Below are positions 1 to 12,071 of a DNA stretch of 64,000 nucleotides, one piece after another; position 1 is the first letter of the stretch; each line of letters begins with the position of its first letter. A program made the translations under genes and the position numbers. The DNA lies in NCBI RefSeq assembly GCF_006345805.1, contig NC_042998.1:84630001-84694000 (forward strand), read 5' to 3'. Source of the DNA: Octopus sinensis (Eukaryota). The notes below the pieces were generated by a model that made no database searches, was not told the origin of the DNA, and was given only the letters and a program-made list of their open reading frames with translations.

Positions 1-1010
1 CCTTCCCAGCCAAATTGAAGGCAGTGGATCAATCTTCACAATGAACTTAGCCAATAGCTGGATCTGTCCTACTTGTGACTGCAGGTGTTCGACATAAACT
101 CACAAGTCAGCAATGTTCGGGCACTAGACAAGAGTGTACAGAGCTGTTTCATCACTTTCAGGCAAGCCTGATGAACAGGACTTCCATGCCTGTAGATTTT
201 ATCTCCAACTGCACTCCCACCCCTTGACAGCAGTGCCAGATCAAGGATTCCTGGAAATTGTCCATAGGCCCCAGCTTGAAAATCCTCTAAAATGATTCTC
301 ATTGACACAGAATCTCCCTAAGAACATCATCACACTTTCCCACCACTAACCCTCTATAGAACACTAGTTTAGAATTTTCCCCAACTGTATTGCCTGACTG
401 ATAGAGGACTATGAGTACCTGACAACACACTAGGTACCAGGCACCCTGCCTTAGATTGCACTTGATCCAGGTCTGCAGCTCAAAGAGAGAAGTTGTGAGT
501 CTGACAAATGGCAACCACTTGTGCTCACTGTCAAAAAAGTGCTAGAGATGCCATAGCCTCAGTGCATGTCTGCATATCAGTAGCCACAGCCTGCCCACTC
601 CTCCATTCAGTAGGTGTTGACAGCAAGTGAAGTGCCTAACTAGTGAAATGTGTCCCGTCAACAGAAAGCAGAAGTGTATGCAGTTCAGTTTGGTCAGACA
701 AAAACTAGGGCAGGGTATGATGTTCAGGTGGTAATATATGATGGATGCAATGTAAGCATTCACCACTTCTGCCCGACCTTTCAGGAATAGCTTTCTCTCA
801 GTCCATTTCTAGGTGAGATTGGCCACTATGGTCATCACCTCATCACAGTATGTCTCTAACTGGACATCTGAACCAAATCAGACCCCAAGCAATTTAACTG
901 GCTCCTCTATTCAGCATCCCACAATATTGTTGGATGGCATGGTGCTGCAGGCCCACTGACTTTCCTTGGTTAATTTTTGGTCCTGTCACTGCCTCGTATT
1001 CTTTTGGAGT
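1..1010 (-). mobile_element. Degenerate Tx1/L1-clade non-LTR retrotransposon fragment (RT C-terminal region)
   Basis: Minus-strand frames give KLFLKGRAEVVNAYIASIIYYHLNIIPCP...VRHFTCCQHLLNGGVG..RHALRL, typical of the post-RT region of Tx1/L1 ORF2; many stops and frameshifts. Confidence 0.75.
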
Positions 1011-1184
1011 GACAGAAAGTTACAAAAGTGACTCGAAGAGTGAGAGTTTCATTCATTCCATTTACAAACTCTCAGTTTAGCAAGTGGTGTATGCCCAAAA
1101 GTTTTGGCCATTGAGTCACTTTTATGACTCTCTGCTGGTTAGAAATATGATGAATATATGTATGTGTATGTGAGGAATAATACT

Positions 1185-1750
1185 GAGATAAGCATGGTGA
1201 AGTATGACCTTCAAACGTTGGGCCTCACAGAAGCAATGATAAAAGACCAAAACTTCTGGAGATATGCTGTGACTGCAAAGACCTGGCAAATAAAGAGAGT
1301 TCATGGCTGTATCCTACACCAGTTTCACATAACCAGCCCCAGCCCGTTCAAAAGTACCTTGGATCGTAGGGCGACTTGCTGTGCTTGAGGAGACCTATTG
1401 AGTCAAGTACATCAATATCAAAATAAAAATCAAATGGAGATTGTAGTTGTGATACCCGTGCTGGTGGCACATAAAAAGCACAATCCAAATGTGGCTGATG
1501 CCAGCACCACTTTTACTGGCTTCCATGCCGGTGGCACGTAAAACGCACCAACCGATTGTGGTCGTTGCCACCTGCCCTGGCAGGTCCACTACACTCACAG
1601 ATTGGTTGGCATTAAGAAGGGCATCAAGCTGTAGAAACACTGCCAGATCAGACAGGAGCCTGGTGCAGCCTCTTGGCTTTCCAGACCCCAGTAAAACCGT
1701 CCAACCCATGCTAGCATGGAAAACAGACATTAAACGATGATGATGATGAT
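1185..1750 (+). mobile_element. RTE-clade LINE 3' end (ORF C-terminus, 3' UTR, (GAT)n tail)
   Basis: VKYDLQTLGLTEAMIKDQNFWRYAV motif, then a UTR ending ccatgctagcatggaaaacagacattaaacgatgatgatgat; the same tail recurs many times in the window. Confidence 0.8.
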
Positions 1751-2340
1751 TTTTACCCGTCTGTCCTACCATTTTAGCTCTATTTTGAATCTTTAAAGTA
1801 TGGTGTTCAATGTATATTGCAAAAAAATATAGCAAAAGATGTTATGGGAATAGTGTGTGTGTATGTGTGTGAGTGTGTGTGTGTGTGTTCATATGTTTAC
1901 TTGTTGAATCTGAGGAAAGGGACAGATGCTGTGACCCTTGCAGGCCTTCTGAGACTAATGTGAGTGATGCCATTAATGTCTGGTTTAAGCTTTTACAAGC
2001 CAACACCTGCTTGAAAGATGTAAGCAGGGAAGAAATTCCAGTGAGAAAATGTTTTAGGGATGAAGGACCGGGCATAATGGTTAGTGTAAGGAAAAAGTAT
2101 TTAGATGCACCAAGGATGCTAAGAGATGAAGAGATGATTGAGACATGGGTGCCTGAGTTATAGAGGTACAAGACCAGCTAGCTTCAAAGAGTAGAGACCA
2201 TTGTGGTAGAGATAAAAAAAAAAGACAGAGGTGAGAGACAGCTAGATGCTGGAATGTGTCCATTAGCAACTGGGTGCCAGTCAGCTGGGTAACTTTTCCT
2301 TGGTTGCAATCCAAGATGTCAGTGTGTGTGGCAGCTGCAC

Positions 2341-3168
2341 CAGTGCTGAATTAACCATTAAGCAAAATAAGTATATGCTTAGGGCACCAAGGGAAGGCAG
2401 GGTATGGGGTACTACAGATATGGTAAATGGTTTATGGCACAAAAGAAATTACTTTAAACTTGCTAAAGTAATATTCAAATCAGTTTACATGATCGGAAAT
2501 ATAATTTCAAAGGGTTTGTGGTGTCATAGTGAGGATCTGATGAAAGACTTTGCATTTAAAACAAGTAGAAAACTTTTCAAATATAAATAAAGTGGAAGTA
2601 TATACAAAAATAGACATTAGGCGCAGGAGTGGCTGTGTGGTAAGTAGCTTGTTTACCAACCACATGGTTCCAGGTTCAGTCCCACTGCATGGCACCTTGG
2701 GCAAGTGCCTTCTACTATACCCTCAGGCTATCCAAAGCCTTGTAAGGGAATTTGGTAGACGGAAACTGAAAGAAGCCTGTCGTGTATATATATGTGTGTG
2801 TGTGTGTGTCTGTGTTTGTCCCCCCAACATTGCTTGACAACCAATGCTGGTGTGTTAACATCCCCATAACCTAGCAGTTCTACAAAAGAGATGGATAGAA
2901 TAAGTACTAGGCTTACAGTGAATAAGTCCTGGGGTCAATTTGCTCGACTAAAGGCAGTGCCCAGCATGGCTGTAGTCAAATGACTGAAACAAGTAAAACC
3001 AAAAAAAAAAAGAAAAATAATTATTTTCCATATTACTGTTTGTTTTCTTTCATTTTGAAAAATAAAAATTTATTTTATGGTTTATCATTGTTTGTATTTT
3101 GAATTATATATATATGCAGGACCAAAATCTTTTACATGCAAGGGCATATGAGTCTTAATCCAGCCCTG
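2341..3168 (+). mobile_element. Non-autonomous hAT element (MITE) interrupted by a SINE
   Basis: TIRs CAGTGCTGAATTAA (2341) and TTAATCCAGCCCTG (3155-3168); 6/8 flanking match (agctgcac/ggcagcac); residual EDLMKDFAFKTSRK hAT C-terminal motif. Confidence 0.75.
2619..2998 (+). mobile_element. tRNA-derived SINE, family A
   Basis: Head ggcgcaggagtggctgtgtggtaag with A/B-box-like motifs (TGGCTGTGTGG, GGTTCAGTCCC), internal (TG)n and tail ...caaatgactgaaacaagtaaaa; more than 15 full or partial copies in the window. Confidence 0.85.
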
Positions 3169-3244
3169 GGCAGCACAAACCCACATGTGGGTGTAATACT
3201 CTATTGTGGACAACGCTTGATCTTTATAGAGTATCAGCTGCTGA

Positions 3245-3485
3245 TAGGAGAAATATCTTCTGCCCCTAAAGAAAAAGGTTAGGTTTTTGAGATGCAGTCT
3301 TAGTTATGCTAATATCATTTACTGGGAGAAGAAATATCTTCTGGCCCTTAAGAAAAGGGATAGTTTTTTGAGATGCAGTCTTAGTTAAGATAATATCTTT
3401 TACTGGGAGCAGAAATATCTTCTGGCCCTTAAGAAAAAGGATAGTTTTTTGAGATGCAGTCCTAGTTATGCTAATATCTTTTACC
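3245..3485. repeat. ~81-bp tandem repeat, 3 copies
   Basis: agaaatatcttctg...gagatgcagtcttagtt recurs at ~3249, ~3331 and ~3412. Confidence 0.85.
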
Positions 3486-3559
3486 TTTTATCTTTTACTT
3501 GTTTCAGTCATTATTATTATTACTACTATTATTATTGTTATTTTTAATTTCTTTTTATC

Positions 3560-4350
3560 ACAGGTTCTGTTGGAGCTCTTTGAGTCTTGCATACACAGCA
3601 GGCTTACTACCTGCAGCCTACAGTACCATGCTATCTGTTCTTTTCAGCTATCTAATACTTTTCTGATTATTCTGACCATGTCAAGGAGGCAAAAGTTTTG
3701 TAACAGTTCTACTGGACACTCTATTCCAATTTCTTTTATATTCCTCTTGATGCCTTCTGATACTGTTCCCAAGGACCCAACAATAATTGGCACTACCTTC
3801 AACTTCTTCATTTTCCATAGCTGGACTATTTCGTACTTAACAGGGTTGTATCTATCTATCTTTACGTCTTCTCTCTTGACTATTTGTGGGTCAAAGGGAC
3901 ACGCAATGTCAACTATATAGCATATGTGGTGCACCTTGTCCCCCACCTCTAGGTTCAGTCTGTTATGCTGTAGCACCTGATCTGTTTGAATTGGGAACTC
4001 CCAGAGGATTTTGCTAGTCTCTGACTCTGCCACTCTCTGCAATTTGTGCTCATACGGCGTCTTGCCTCTCTCTAGCCCCCACTTTTCGCACAGTTTCCAA
4101 TGTAGCACTTTCACTACCTGGTCATGTCGCCACTACTTGTAATGGTTTTTGGCAAATCTAGGCCAATAGTTTCATCCACTCTATCGCAGATGTGGCACAG
4201 CGGAGGCACTTGCTCATTCCTAAAGTTGACCCTCCAAACAAAAGCTTGGTTCTGCACTGCCAGTATAGTGCTCTTGGTCTCCTTTTTTTAGGGATCCTTT
4301 CATCAGCCAATCCCACTATTTTTTCCAGCAACTTCTGTTGTGGCTACATG
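3560..4350 (-). mobile_element. R4/Dong-clade non-LTR retrotransposon 3' fragment (restriction-like endonuclease)
   Basis: ORF 3644-4114: VLHWKLC..KILWEFPIQTD..HNR..DK..CYIVDIACPFD..K..RY..VVPIIVGSLG; flanked by (ATT)n/(TAA)n tracts. Confidence 0.85.
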
Positions 4351-4379
4351 GAATTTATTGTGTAGTCCCTTCTTGTGTA

Positions 4380-4417
<38 letters not shown>

Positions 4418-4480
4418 CATTGTCGTTGTTGTCGTCATCGCCGTCATCATCATCATTGTGAAATTTTGATAATATTTCAG

Positions 4481-4537
4481 ATTTAACTGATGATCAGTGT
4501 TGTTTATTAATATATTTTGCACTGAATCCACATAAAG
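4481..4537 (+). CDS. Isolated candidate exon (DLTDDQCCLLIYFALNPHK), gene unknown
   Basis: Acceptor atatttcag, donor aag|gtacat, open frame; no phase-linked neighbour established. Confidence 0.25.
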
Positions 4538-7428
4538 GTACATTACATTTTGCGACTCAATTTTGGAAAGCTGCCAAAATTTATAATCAGTATGCTAACA
4601 TAATTTCTTCAAGTGTTCCAGTAAATATATTTCCTGTTTACCATTTAATTCTACTATGAATTAAAGACTGTTATCATATAATTCACTGTCAATCAACTCT
4701 TTAGGATTATAAGGAAAATGTGATAAAGTAAAATTAAATGTATAAACGTGCTACTCACATTCACTCTCTCTCTCCCTCTCTTCCCTAAGAACTGCTATAA
4801 TCCCACTGAAATACATCAAGACAAAAAATAAATAAACAACAAGAAAGCAAACTAGTAGACAATAACAACAATCAGAATTATTGAATGAAATCCAATATAA
4901 CACAACTGGGGAAATGTCTTCGTCAGCTGCCTAACAGATATTAACATGGTTTTGACACCAAAGGCAGAAACTCTATTTCGTTTGGTGTCAAATGGTCACA
5001 GTAAAACATTAAATGCTGTTTGTGAATATATGAGTCAAATGTTTTGTTCCTGGTCCACAAATTATTAAAAACACATTAGCTTCACTGACCAATAGACCCT
5101 GAGGTTAAACTACAGGGCTCTCCCCACCCCCACTCTCTCTCTCTCTCTCTCTCTCTGTGAAACAGAGTGAAGAAAAAATTGACTAGTTACACCTGCAATG
5201 ACCTCATCAAGAGTATTAAAATAAGCCAATTGATAGAAAGAAACAGAGATGAGGAAGGTAGTAACTTACAGCTACTTATTAAAAAAATGCAATGAAAAAC
5301 AGACACTGCTTTTGCTCACTTCAGCCAAATCTTGAGATATTCTGTTATCTGAACCAGACCTGTTAATGAAGGCTAGATACTTTGCAGAAGATCTATATAA
5401 AGAAGAGTTCAACCCTACAAGTGGATATTATGGCATAACTTCAGATTCATGAAGCTTTATGATGATAAGAGGCAAACCTAGCTGATGTTGAAATTGCCCC
5501 AGAATATTAATGATATCAACAATGTAGATAAAACTGGGGTAAACTGCAAAGCCCTTTCCAAATGCTCCTGCCCTCAAGATAGGGAAGATAATTAGGAGTT
5601 CTAACATATCAGAAGATGACAAAGGCAGTGAACCACTAGCGATTAGGAAAGTAAAAAACCCAGATGCTTCCATGGGAAAACATTTACAGGGATCTAAGAA
5701 AACAGCAAGAATGCTTCCACTTCTCATCACCTATACTGCATCCACTACACTGCTAGTTCTGCACTAATCATGCACATTCCTTTTTCACCAGAACCTTATC
5801 TCTCTGGAATCTTTATGCTGCTCATATCTTTCCTGTAAGCGTTCAACCACAGCAGTTTAACTGGAACATTAATGATATCAAGCTCATTTGAGGTCATCCT
5901 CTTTTGAAAGCCAATGTTTATTGATGAGATATTGTATTCCTTTCAAATGATCTCTTGATTTCTTTTGACTAATCACCTGATCAAATTTTGTGTCATCTAT
6001 CCAAATTAAAATCAATGACATACACACATTTTATGTGCTTTTGAAGGACAAAAAAGCACTGTTGACTTTTGTAGAATTTCAACTCAGTTTATCTTTAAAA
6101 AGTCACCAATGTAGAAGAGGTCACTAGTTTGGTGTGAGTGCATTTATAATGCCATCAATTTAGTGAGGGCAGGCACTAATTTGTGGTGCAAAAGTTAGTA
6201 AAAGGAAAAATATCAGAAGGCAATTTTTATAACGAAAATATTTTTTAATTAACGAGCGCTAACAAGTAGTAACAGTCTAGCCTGTGTATGTGCGAGTCAT
6301 AAAAGGCTGTTATCACTTACATTAGAAATATGGATTTAGCGGTGAGTCGAGAGCCGATATAATTCAGAGTTAGCTGCAAGAAGTTGATGTGAAAAACAAA
6401 GATGCTGTTCCTGATGTTGCAAGCTAAAATATGATATAATTCAGAGTTAGCTGATGCAAAGTTGGTGTGTAAAACAAAGAGACTATTCCATGTTGAAAGA
6501 GAGATGTTACTTTTCTGATGTCTGTCCGCTAACTGATTTAAAACTCCTGCTTCTCTTCTTGGGCAGAGAACTGCCCTGAGTATTCATACACACCCAGCCC
6601 TGATTGGCTGGAGTATGCCATAACACAACTTTGCTATGATGCGACAACAAAAATACTCAGGCCATTCCTGAGTAATGAGATTGTAATGTACAATCTCGTT
6701 ACTCAGGAATGGCCTGCAACAGCTGGATGCACCGCCACACTTCTTTATACTAAATAGTTTCTAGCATAGGTACAGGATCAGGAATTCTATGGAGAAGGGG
6801 AAAACAGTTGATTATATTGACCCCAGCACTTGACTGGCTCTTTATTTTATCAGCCTCAGAAGGCTAAAAGCTAAAGTGGACCTTGACAGGATTCAACTCT
6901 TAACATAAACTGCACTCTAATGAAACTGTCAATCCACTTCCCCATACTTTTGACTAAATAATTGTTTTCGACTTAGTCACAAGGTCAACAGTTTTGAAGG
7001 GAAGGGTATTAATTGTTAATATTGATCCCAGTGCTTAACTGGTACTTTATTTTATTGACATTGAAAGAATGTAAGGTAAAATTGACCTTGGTAGATTGGA
7101 ATTTGCAGTGTAAAGAGCCAGAATAAGAACTGCAAGCCCAGTATTATAATGATTCTACCAATCCCCTGCCCCTCACTTCAAGGTAAATGATAAAAGAAGG
7201 AGATCTAACCTGATTTTCATTCTACTTTTGCTAAAATTATGCCACAATTAATCATGAAAGAAAAGCTTAACAAAACTGAAGCATTCCAGTCAAATGTTTT
7301 ACAGTGACCATTAATACATAAAAAACACAACAAAAGACAAGACTGTAAACTACGAGTCTTCTTGGTTCTGGGATAAATCATCCTAAAGTTGAATTTGCCT
7401 TTCATTTCTCACAGAGTTTCAATAAAAT

Positions 7429-7835
7429 CAGTGCTGAATTAACCATTAAGCAAAATAAGCACGTGTTTAGGGCATCAAGAGAAGGAAGGGGCACCACAGA
7501 AATAGTAAATGGTTTACAGCACAAAAGAAATCACTTTAAACTTGCTAAAATAATATTCGGGATGCCATTATCTCTACTAAGTATAGATGCTGATGTGGTA
7601 CCTAAAATTAATTTTGAGGATCTGATCAAAGACTTTGCAATTCAAAAAAGTAGGAGGAAACTTTTCAAATATAAATAAAGTGGAAGTATACAAAAATAAA
7701 CATTATTTTCCCTCTTATTGTTTTGTATCGTTTTGAAAATTAAAAATTTATTTTATGGTTTGTTATTGTTTATATTTTAGATTACATAATCTTTTATGGG
7801 GGCACCAAAATCTTTAAAGTGCTTAGGGCCTTGAT
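7429..7835 (+). mobile_element. Second copy of the hAT MITE, 3'-truncated
   Basis: Same 5' TIR CAGTGCTGAATTAA; retains LSLLSIDADVVPKINFEDLIKDFAIQKSRRK (hAT dimerisation-domain end). Confidence 0.8.
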
Positions 7836-7909
7836 ATTTTATTAAATATAAAGGTATATATTCAAACAACTTATTCTATTCAAAGATCAGTTTTGTGCTT
7901 GAGTAAGGA

Positions 7910-8085
7910 AAATAACCTTTTGCACACTAGGCACAAGGCCTGAAATTTTTGGAGCAGTCGATTAGATCGATACCAGTATGCAACTGGTACTTAATTTATC
8001 TACCCCAAAAGGATGAAAGGCAAAGTCGACCTCGGCTAAGCATTTCTCCATGCACACGAACGTTTCTGCCAGCTTGCCGCTTTAG
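7910..8085 (-). mobile_element. tRNA-derived SINE, family B
   Basis: Reverse complement of ggcaagctggcagaaacgttcgtg...gaggtcgactttgcctttcatcct..gataaattaagtacc; related copies at ~6770, 7010, 26900, 37680, 38190, 42540, 44470, 45955, 48405 and 57940. Confidence 0.8.
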
Positions 8086-8299
8086 AAAGTAATAAGCAAT
8101 TAATGAACTCATCAGAAGTCAGTAGCTTAGAGGTAATTTGCTGATGTTTATATGTGTTGAAATAATGGTATTTGTATCATAATCTGGATAATATGGGTTG
8201 GATCAACCACTTTGCTCCAGTATTACAGGGTAAATGGCCATCATGTGTGTATATATCTATGTATATCATCTGCGTCCACATACTCCCTCCACAACACTG

Positions 8300-8965
8300 A
8301 TATCAAGAAATCCTCTTGCGAGCGTGACCTAGGCATCACTGTCAGCAGTGATTTGCGTTGGACAAAGCATATCTCTAAAATTGTCAAGAAGGCCGAGGGT
8401 GTCTTGGCATCACTCAGCAAGACTTTTGTTAGCCGCTCTCCAGCCATCTATTTAAAACTGTATACAGCTATGGTACGACCACACTTGGAATTCGCATCAT
8501 CAGTTGGGAATCCCTATCTTGCTCAGAACATTGACCTCCTGGAATCTGTCCAGAGACGTGCAACCAAACGCATACCCTCCATCAGACACCTACCATATTC
8601 TGAGCGCCTTGTTTCCCTGGGCATGGATTCACTGAAGCTCCGGCGTCTGGCGACGGACTTGGTAAACACCCACAAGGTTATCAACCACCTCACCAACAAC
8701 AACACTGAACACCTTTTTGATCTCCATGTGTCTAACACACGTGGACATGCCTACAAAGTCAGAAAACAACACAGCTCCCATGACTTTCGGAAACATTTTT
8801 TCACGCTCAGGGTTGCTGAAGCGTGGAATAAACTGCCTGCGTCAGTTGTTGACTGCCATGACACTGCATCCTTTAAGGCCCTCATGCTTTCCGAAATCCG
8901 CCGAAACTACACCTGATTATATATACACTTTAGATGAGTTGTAGTGCACCTGAGCACTGTACACA

Positions 8966-8995
<30 letters not shown>
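8300..8995 (+). mobile_element. CR1/L2-type LINE 3' fragment (RT C-terminus, 3' UTR, (ATT)n tail)
   Basis: ORF 8212-8916: ERDLGITVSSDL..VRPHLEFASSV..DLLESVQRRATK..TRGHAYK..RKHFFTLRVAEAWNKLP; tail cacctgagcactgtacacaattattatt. Confidence 0.9.
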
Positions 8996-9000
<5 letters not shown>

Positions 9001-9079
9001 GACTATCATTATCATCATCATTTAAAGTCTATGTTACACTATGCAAGGGTTGTGTGATTTGACAGGACCCAAAGAATCT

Positions 9080-9241
9080 GGCATTACTTAAATACAGAGG
9101 TCCTGATGCATCTACGTAATGATATGTTTTTACAGTGCACACTCGTTAGGATTGGGGATAGTTAGGTTTAGGTTTAGTTAGGTTTAGGGTTAGAGTTAGG
9201 GTTATGTAGATGTGTCAAGACCTCTGTATTTAAGTAGTATC
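9080..9241. mobile_element. MITE with 8-bp TSD, GG-starting TIRs (Merlin-like) and internal TTAGG(G)-like repeats
   Basis: TSD AAGAATCT at 9072-9079 and 9242-9249; ~35-bp imperfect TIRs (tacttaaatacagaggtc / gacctctgtatttaagta); interior ttaggtttagggttagagttagggtt. Confidence 0.7.
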
Positions 9242-9249
9242 AAGAATCT

Positions 9250-10200
9250 GAAGACTGTGTAGCAGCACAAGCAGTCAGCGCCATATTGGATGAGATCTTG
9301 CGGCAGCTATTGCCATCTCCAAGACTGGAGCGACACCTCACCTGCATTCATTTGCCATGCACGAGATCACAACCAGGTTCCCAATGGCAAACTGTATATA
9401 AGGGCAAAACAGAAACAGATTCACTCTCTTTTGCCGGCTCTCTTTTGCTGGCTCTCTTTTGCCGCCTCTCTTCCCGCCTCTTAACAGCAGCGCTGGCTGG
9501 AGCAAACTCCATTGGCTAGGCCTGTCTGTATGTTGTACTTCCAGAGGCAATGTGCCCGCACTATCGGAGTTACTACACAACACACAGAGCTAAAGATGAT
9601 TGCTGAGAGCAGCACACTTCACCTATCCTGTGAAACTTGTAAATAAACCAGATGTAAATTGCATTTATACTTGAAGTCTTCTTTCTTCGCCTGCCGGAGA
9701 CTGAACTACACGAAGAACACAAAGAGATAATGGAGGAAGGTGATATTCTCCTAATATCATAAACCTTGCCATCCATTATAACTGCATCGCACACCAGTGT
9801 CTACTTCAACACGGTTTCCATGGTTGGATACTCTTCCGAACGCCGATCGCTTTACAGTATGTACTAAGTGCTTTTTTCATGGCATCATTACTAGGTCGCC
9901 ATGCAATTCGCAAGACTATAAAACCTGAGGAATAGGGATGACAGCTTTATGTTAGACGTGAGAGGTTTAAGTACGAGAGAAAGGAGGGGGCAGAAAAGGC
10001 TCTTGTAGAAAAGCTACATGACTGCTCATACTTTAAAAGCAGGCAGGATAATGATCAGTAGTAGCTGCGAAAAGTAACAAATATATGTTTAGAACACATT
10101 CGTCAGATCGTTTACATCTTACTTGCTACATATATCACACACAAATTCCCGGAAAATATTTAAAAACAAAGGTAAAGGGAAATAACTTTAGAAAGAAAGT
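9250..10200. promoter_or_regulatory. CpG-retaining region: candidate promoter and/or solo LTR
   Basis: About 27 CpG in ~950 nt against a CpG-depleted gene body; GCGCCATATTG (YY1-like), TATATAAGGG at ~9395, 15-bp tandem ctctcttttgccgg, AATAAA at ~9647, ccggaa at ~10148. Confidence 0.35.
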
Positions 10201-10439
10201 TTTAGGATTGTCTCCCTTCAAACACTTATATTTATCCGACCTATAAAGTTATTAATTTATCCATTTAAGTTGTTATACCTGAACAATCACAAACCACAAA
10301 TACGGACTTCGAAATTTTAGGAATCCCTAACTTAGTCGGTAGACTATATTAGTAATAATATTCAGCTCTTTTGACTATATAGAGTGCTCTTGTTTCAATT
10401 CTGACTTTCTAGGGAAACTTTCGATACTATGTATGTATG

Positions 10440-10815
10440 CCATTTTTTTTTATTTGTTTCAGTCATTTGACTGTGGCCATGCTGGAGCACCGCCTTTAAT
10501 CGAGCAACTCGACCCCGGGACTTATTCTTTTGTAAGCCCAGTACTTATTCTATCGGTCTCTTTTGCCGAACCGCTAAGTAACGGGGACATAAACACACCA
10601 GCATCGGTTGTCAAGCAATGCTAGGGGGACAAACACAGACGCACAAACACACACATACACATATATATACATATATACGACAGGCTTCTTTCAGTTTCCG
10701 TCTACCAAATCCACTCACAAGGCATTGGTCGGCCCGGGGCTATGGCAGAAGACACTTGCCCAAGATGACACAGTGGGACTGAACCCGGAACCATGTGGTT
10801 GGTTAGCAAGCTACT
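10440..10815 (-). mobile_element. SINE family A
   Basis: Reverse complement of the family A consensus. Confidence 0.85.
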
Positions 10816-11030
10816 TACCACACAGCCACTCCTGCGTTTTATTCAGTTTATTTCAAGATTGGTTGCCGATATGTATGTATATGTATGTATGTATGTATGT
10901 ATGTATTATGTATGTATGTATGTATGTATGCGCAGGCGTGGCTGTGTGGTAAGCAGCTTGCTTCCCAACCATATGGTTCCAGGCATGTACGTGGCACTTT
11001 GGGCAAGCATCTTCTACTATTTTTTCCTAT

Positions 11031-11410
11031 AGGCGCAGGAGCGGCTGTGTGGTAAGTAGCTTGCTTACCAGCCACATGGTTCCGGGTTCAGTCCTACTGT
11101 GTGGCACCTTGGGCAAGTGTCTTCTATTATAGCCTCAGGCTGACTAAAGCCTTGTAAGTGGATTTGGTAGACGGAAACAGAAAGAAGACTGTCGTATATA
11201 TGTATATGTATATATATGTGTGTGTGTGTTTGTGTGTCTGTGTTTGTCCCCCCAACATCGCTTGATAACTGATACTGGTGTGTTTATGTCCCCGTAACTC
11301 AGTGGTTCGGCAAAAGAGACAAGTTGAATTAGTACTAGGCTTACATAGGATAAGTTCTGGGGTTAATTTGGCCGCAGTCAAATGACTGAAACAAGTAAAA
11401 GAGTAAAAGA
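11031..11410 (+). mobile_element. SINE family A (partial copies adjacent at ~10930-11010 and ~11415-11735)
   Basis: Matches the family A head, body and tail. Confidence 0.85.
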
Positions 11411-11492
11411 GAGAGTAATAGAATCGGGCCAGCTCTAGCGTTGTGAGTGGATCTTGTTGACGGAAGCTGAAAGAAGCCTATCATGTGCGTGT

Positions 11493-11526
<34 letters not shown>

Positions 11527-11892
11527 TGTGTGTTTTGTCCCCCACCATCGCTTGTCAACTGGTGCTGGTATGCTTATATTCCTGTAACTTAGTGGTCCAG
11601 CAAAAGAGACTGATAGAGTAAGTACCGGATTTCACAAAAATAAGAGCTAGGATCGATTCATTCAACTAAAAATTCTTTGAGGCAGTGCTCCAGCATGGCC
11701 TCAATCTAATGACTGAAACAAGTAAAAGATAAAAGATGCATATGTATGTATGTACACACACACACACACACACACACACACCACACACACACACTCACTC
11801 TCTCTCTCTCCTTCTCTCTAATTCAGTAAATTTTATTTTCCTAGCAGTGTGTCACTCAAGAAGAGGGATCCGGTTCACTTAAAACAGAGATT

Positions 11893-11966
11893 TCAGTGGC
11901 AACAAAAGAAATTTTTCAGAGCACATTGAGTTTCTTCTTCTTTGTTCAAAATAGTAGCGTATTCTC
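11893..11966 (-). CDS. Candidate terminal coding exon of the unidentified minus-strand gene (GEYATILNKEEETQCALKNFFCCH*)
   Basis: Acceptor tgtcaccag; phase 1 matches the preceding exon; TGA stop, then AATAAA ~55 nt downstream (plus 11832-11837). Confidence 0.4.
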
Positions 11967-12071
11967 CTGGTGACAATTGGACAAATGTGAGCATTGATAT
12001 TTTAGCTCAGTTATGCAAACAGTATGAGTATTTATAATATCTTATAAATACAGAACTAGCATGTCACAAAC

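Noticed and set aside
2619-2700. tRNA-like heads of SINEs as tRNA genes
   Set aside because: A/B boxes are present, but there is no complete cloverleaf and each continues into a SINE body.
9745-9794. AVIMDGKVYDI resembling the cytochrome b5 heme-binding motif
   Set aside because: No upstream W and no downstream HPGG; the frame is closed by a stop just upstream.
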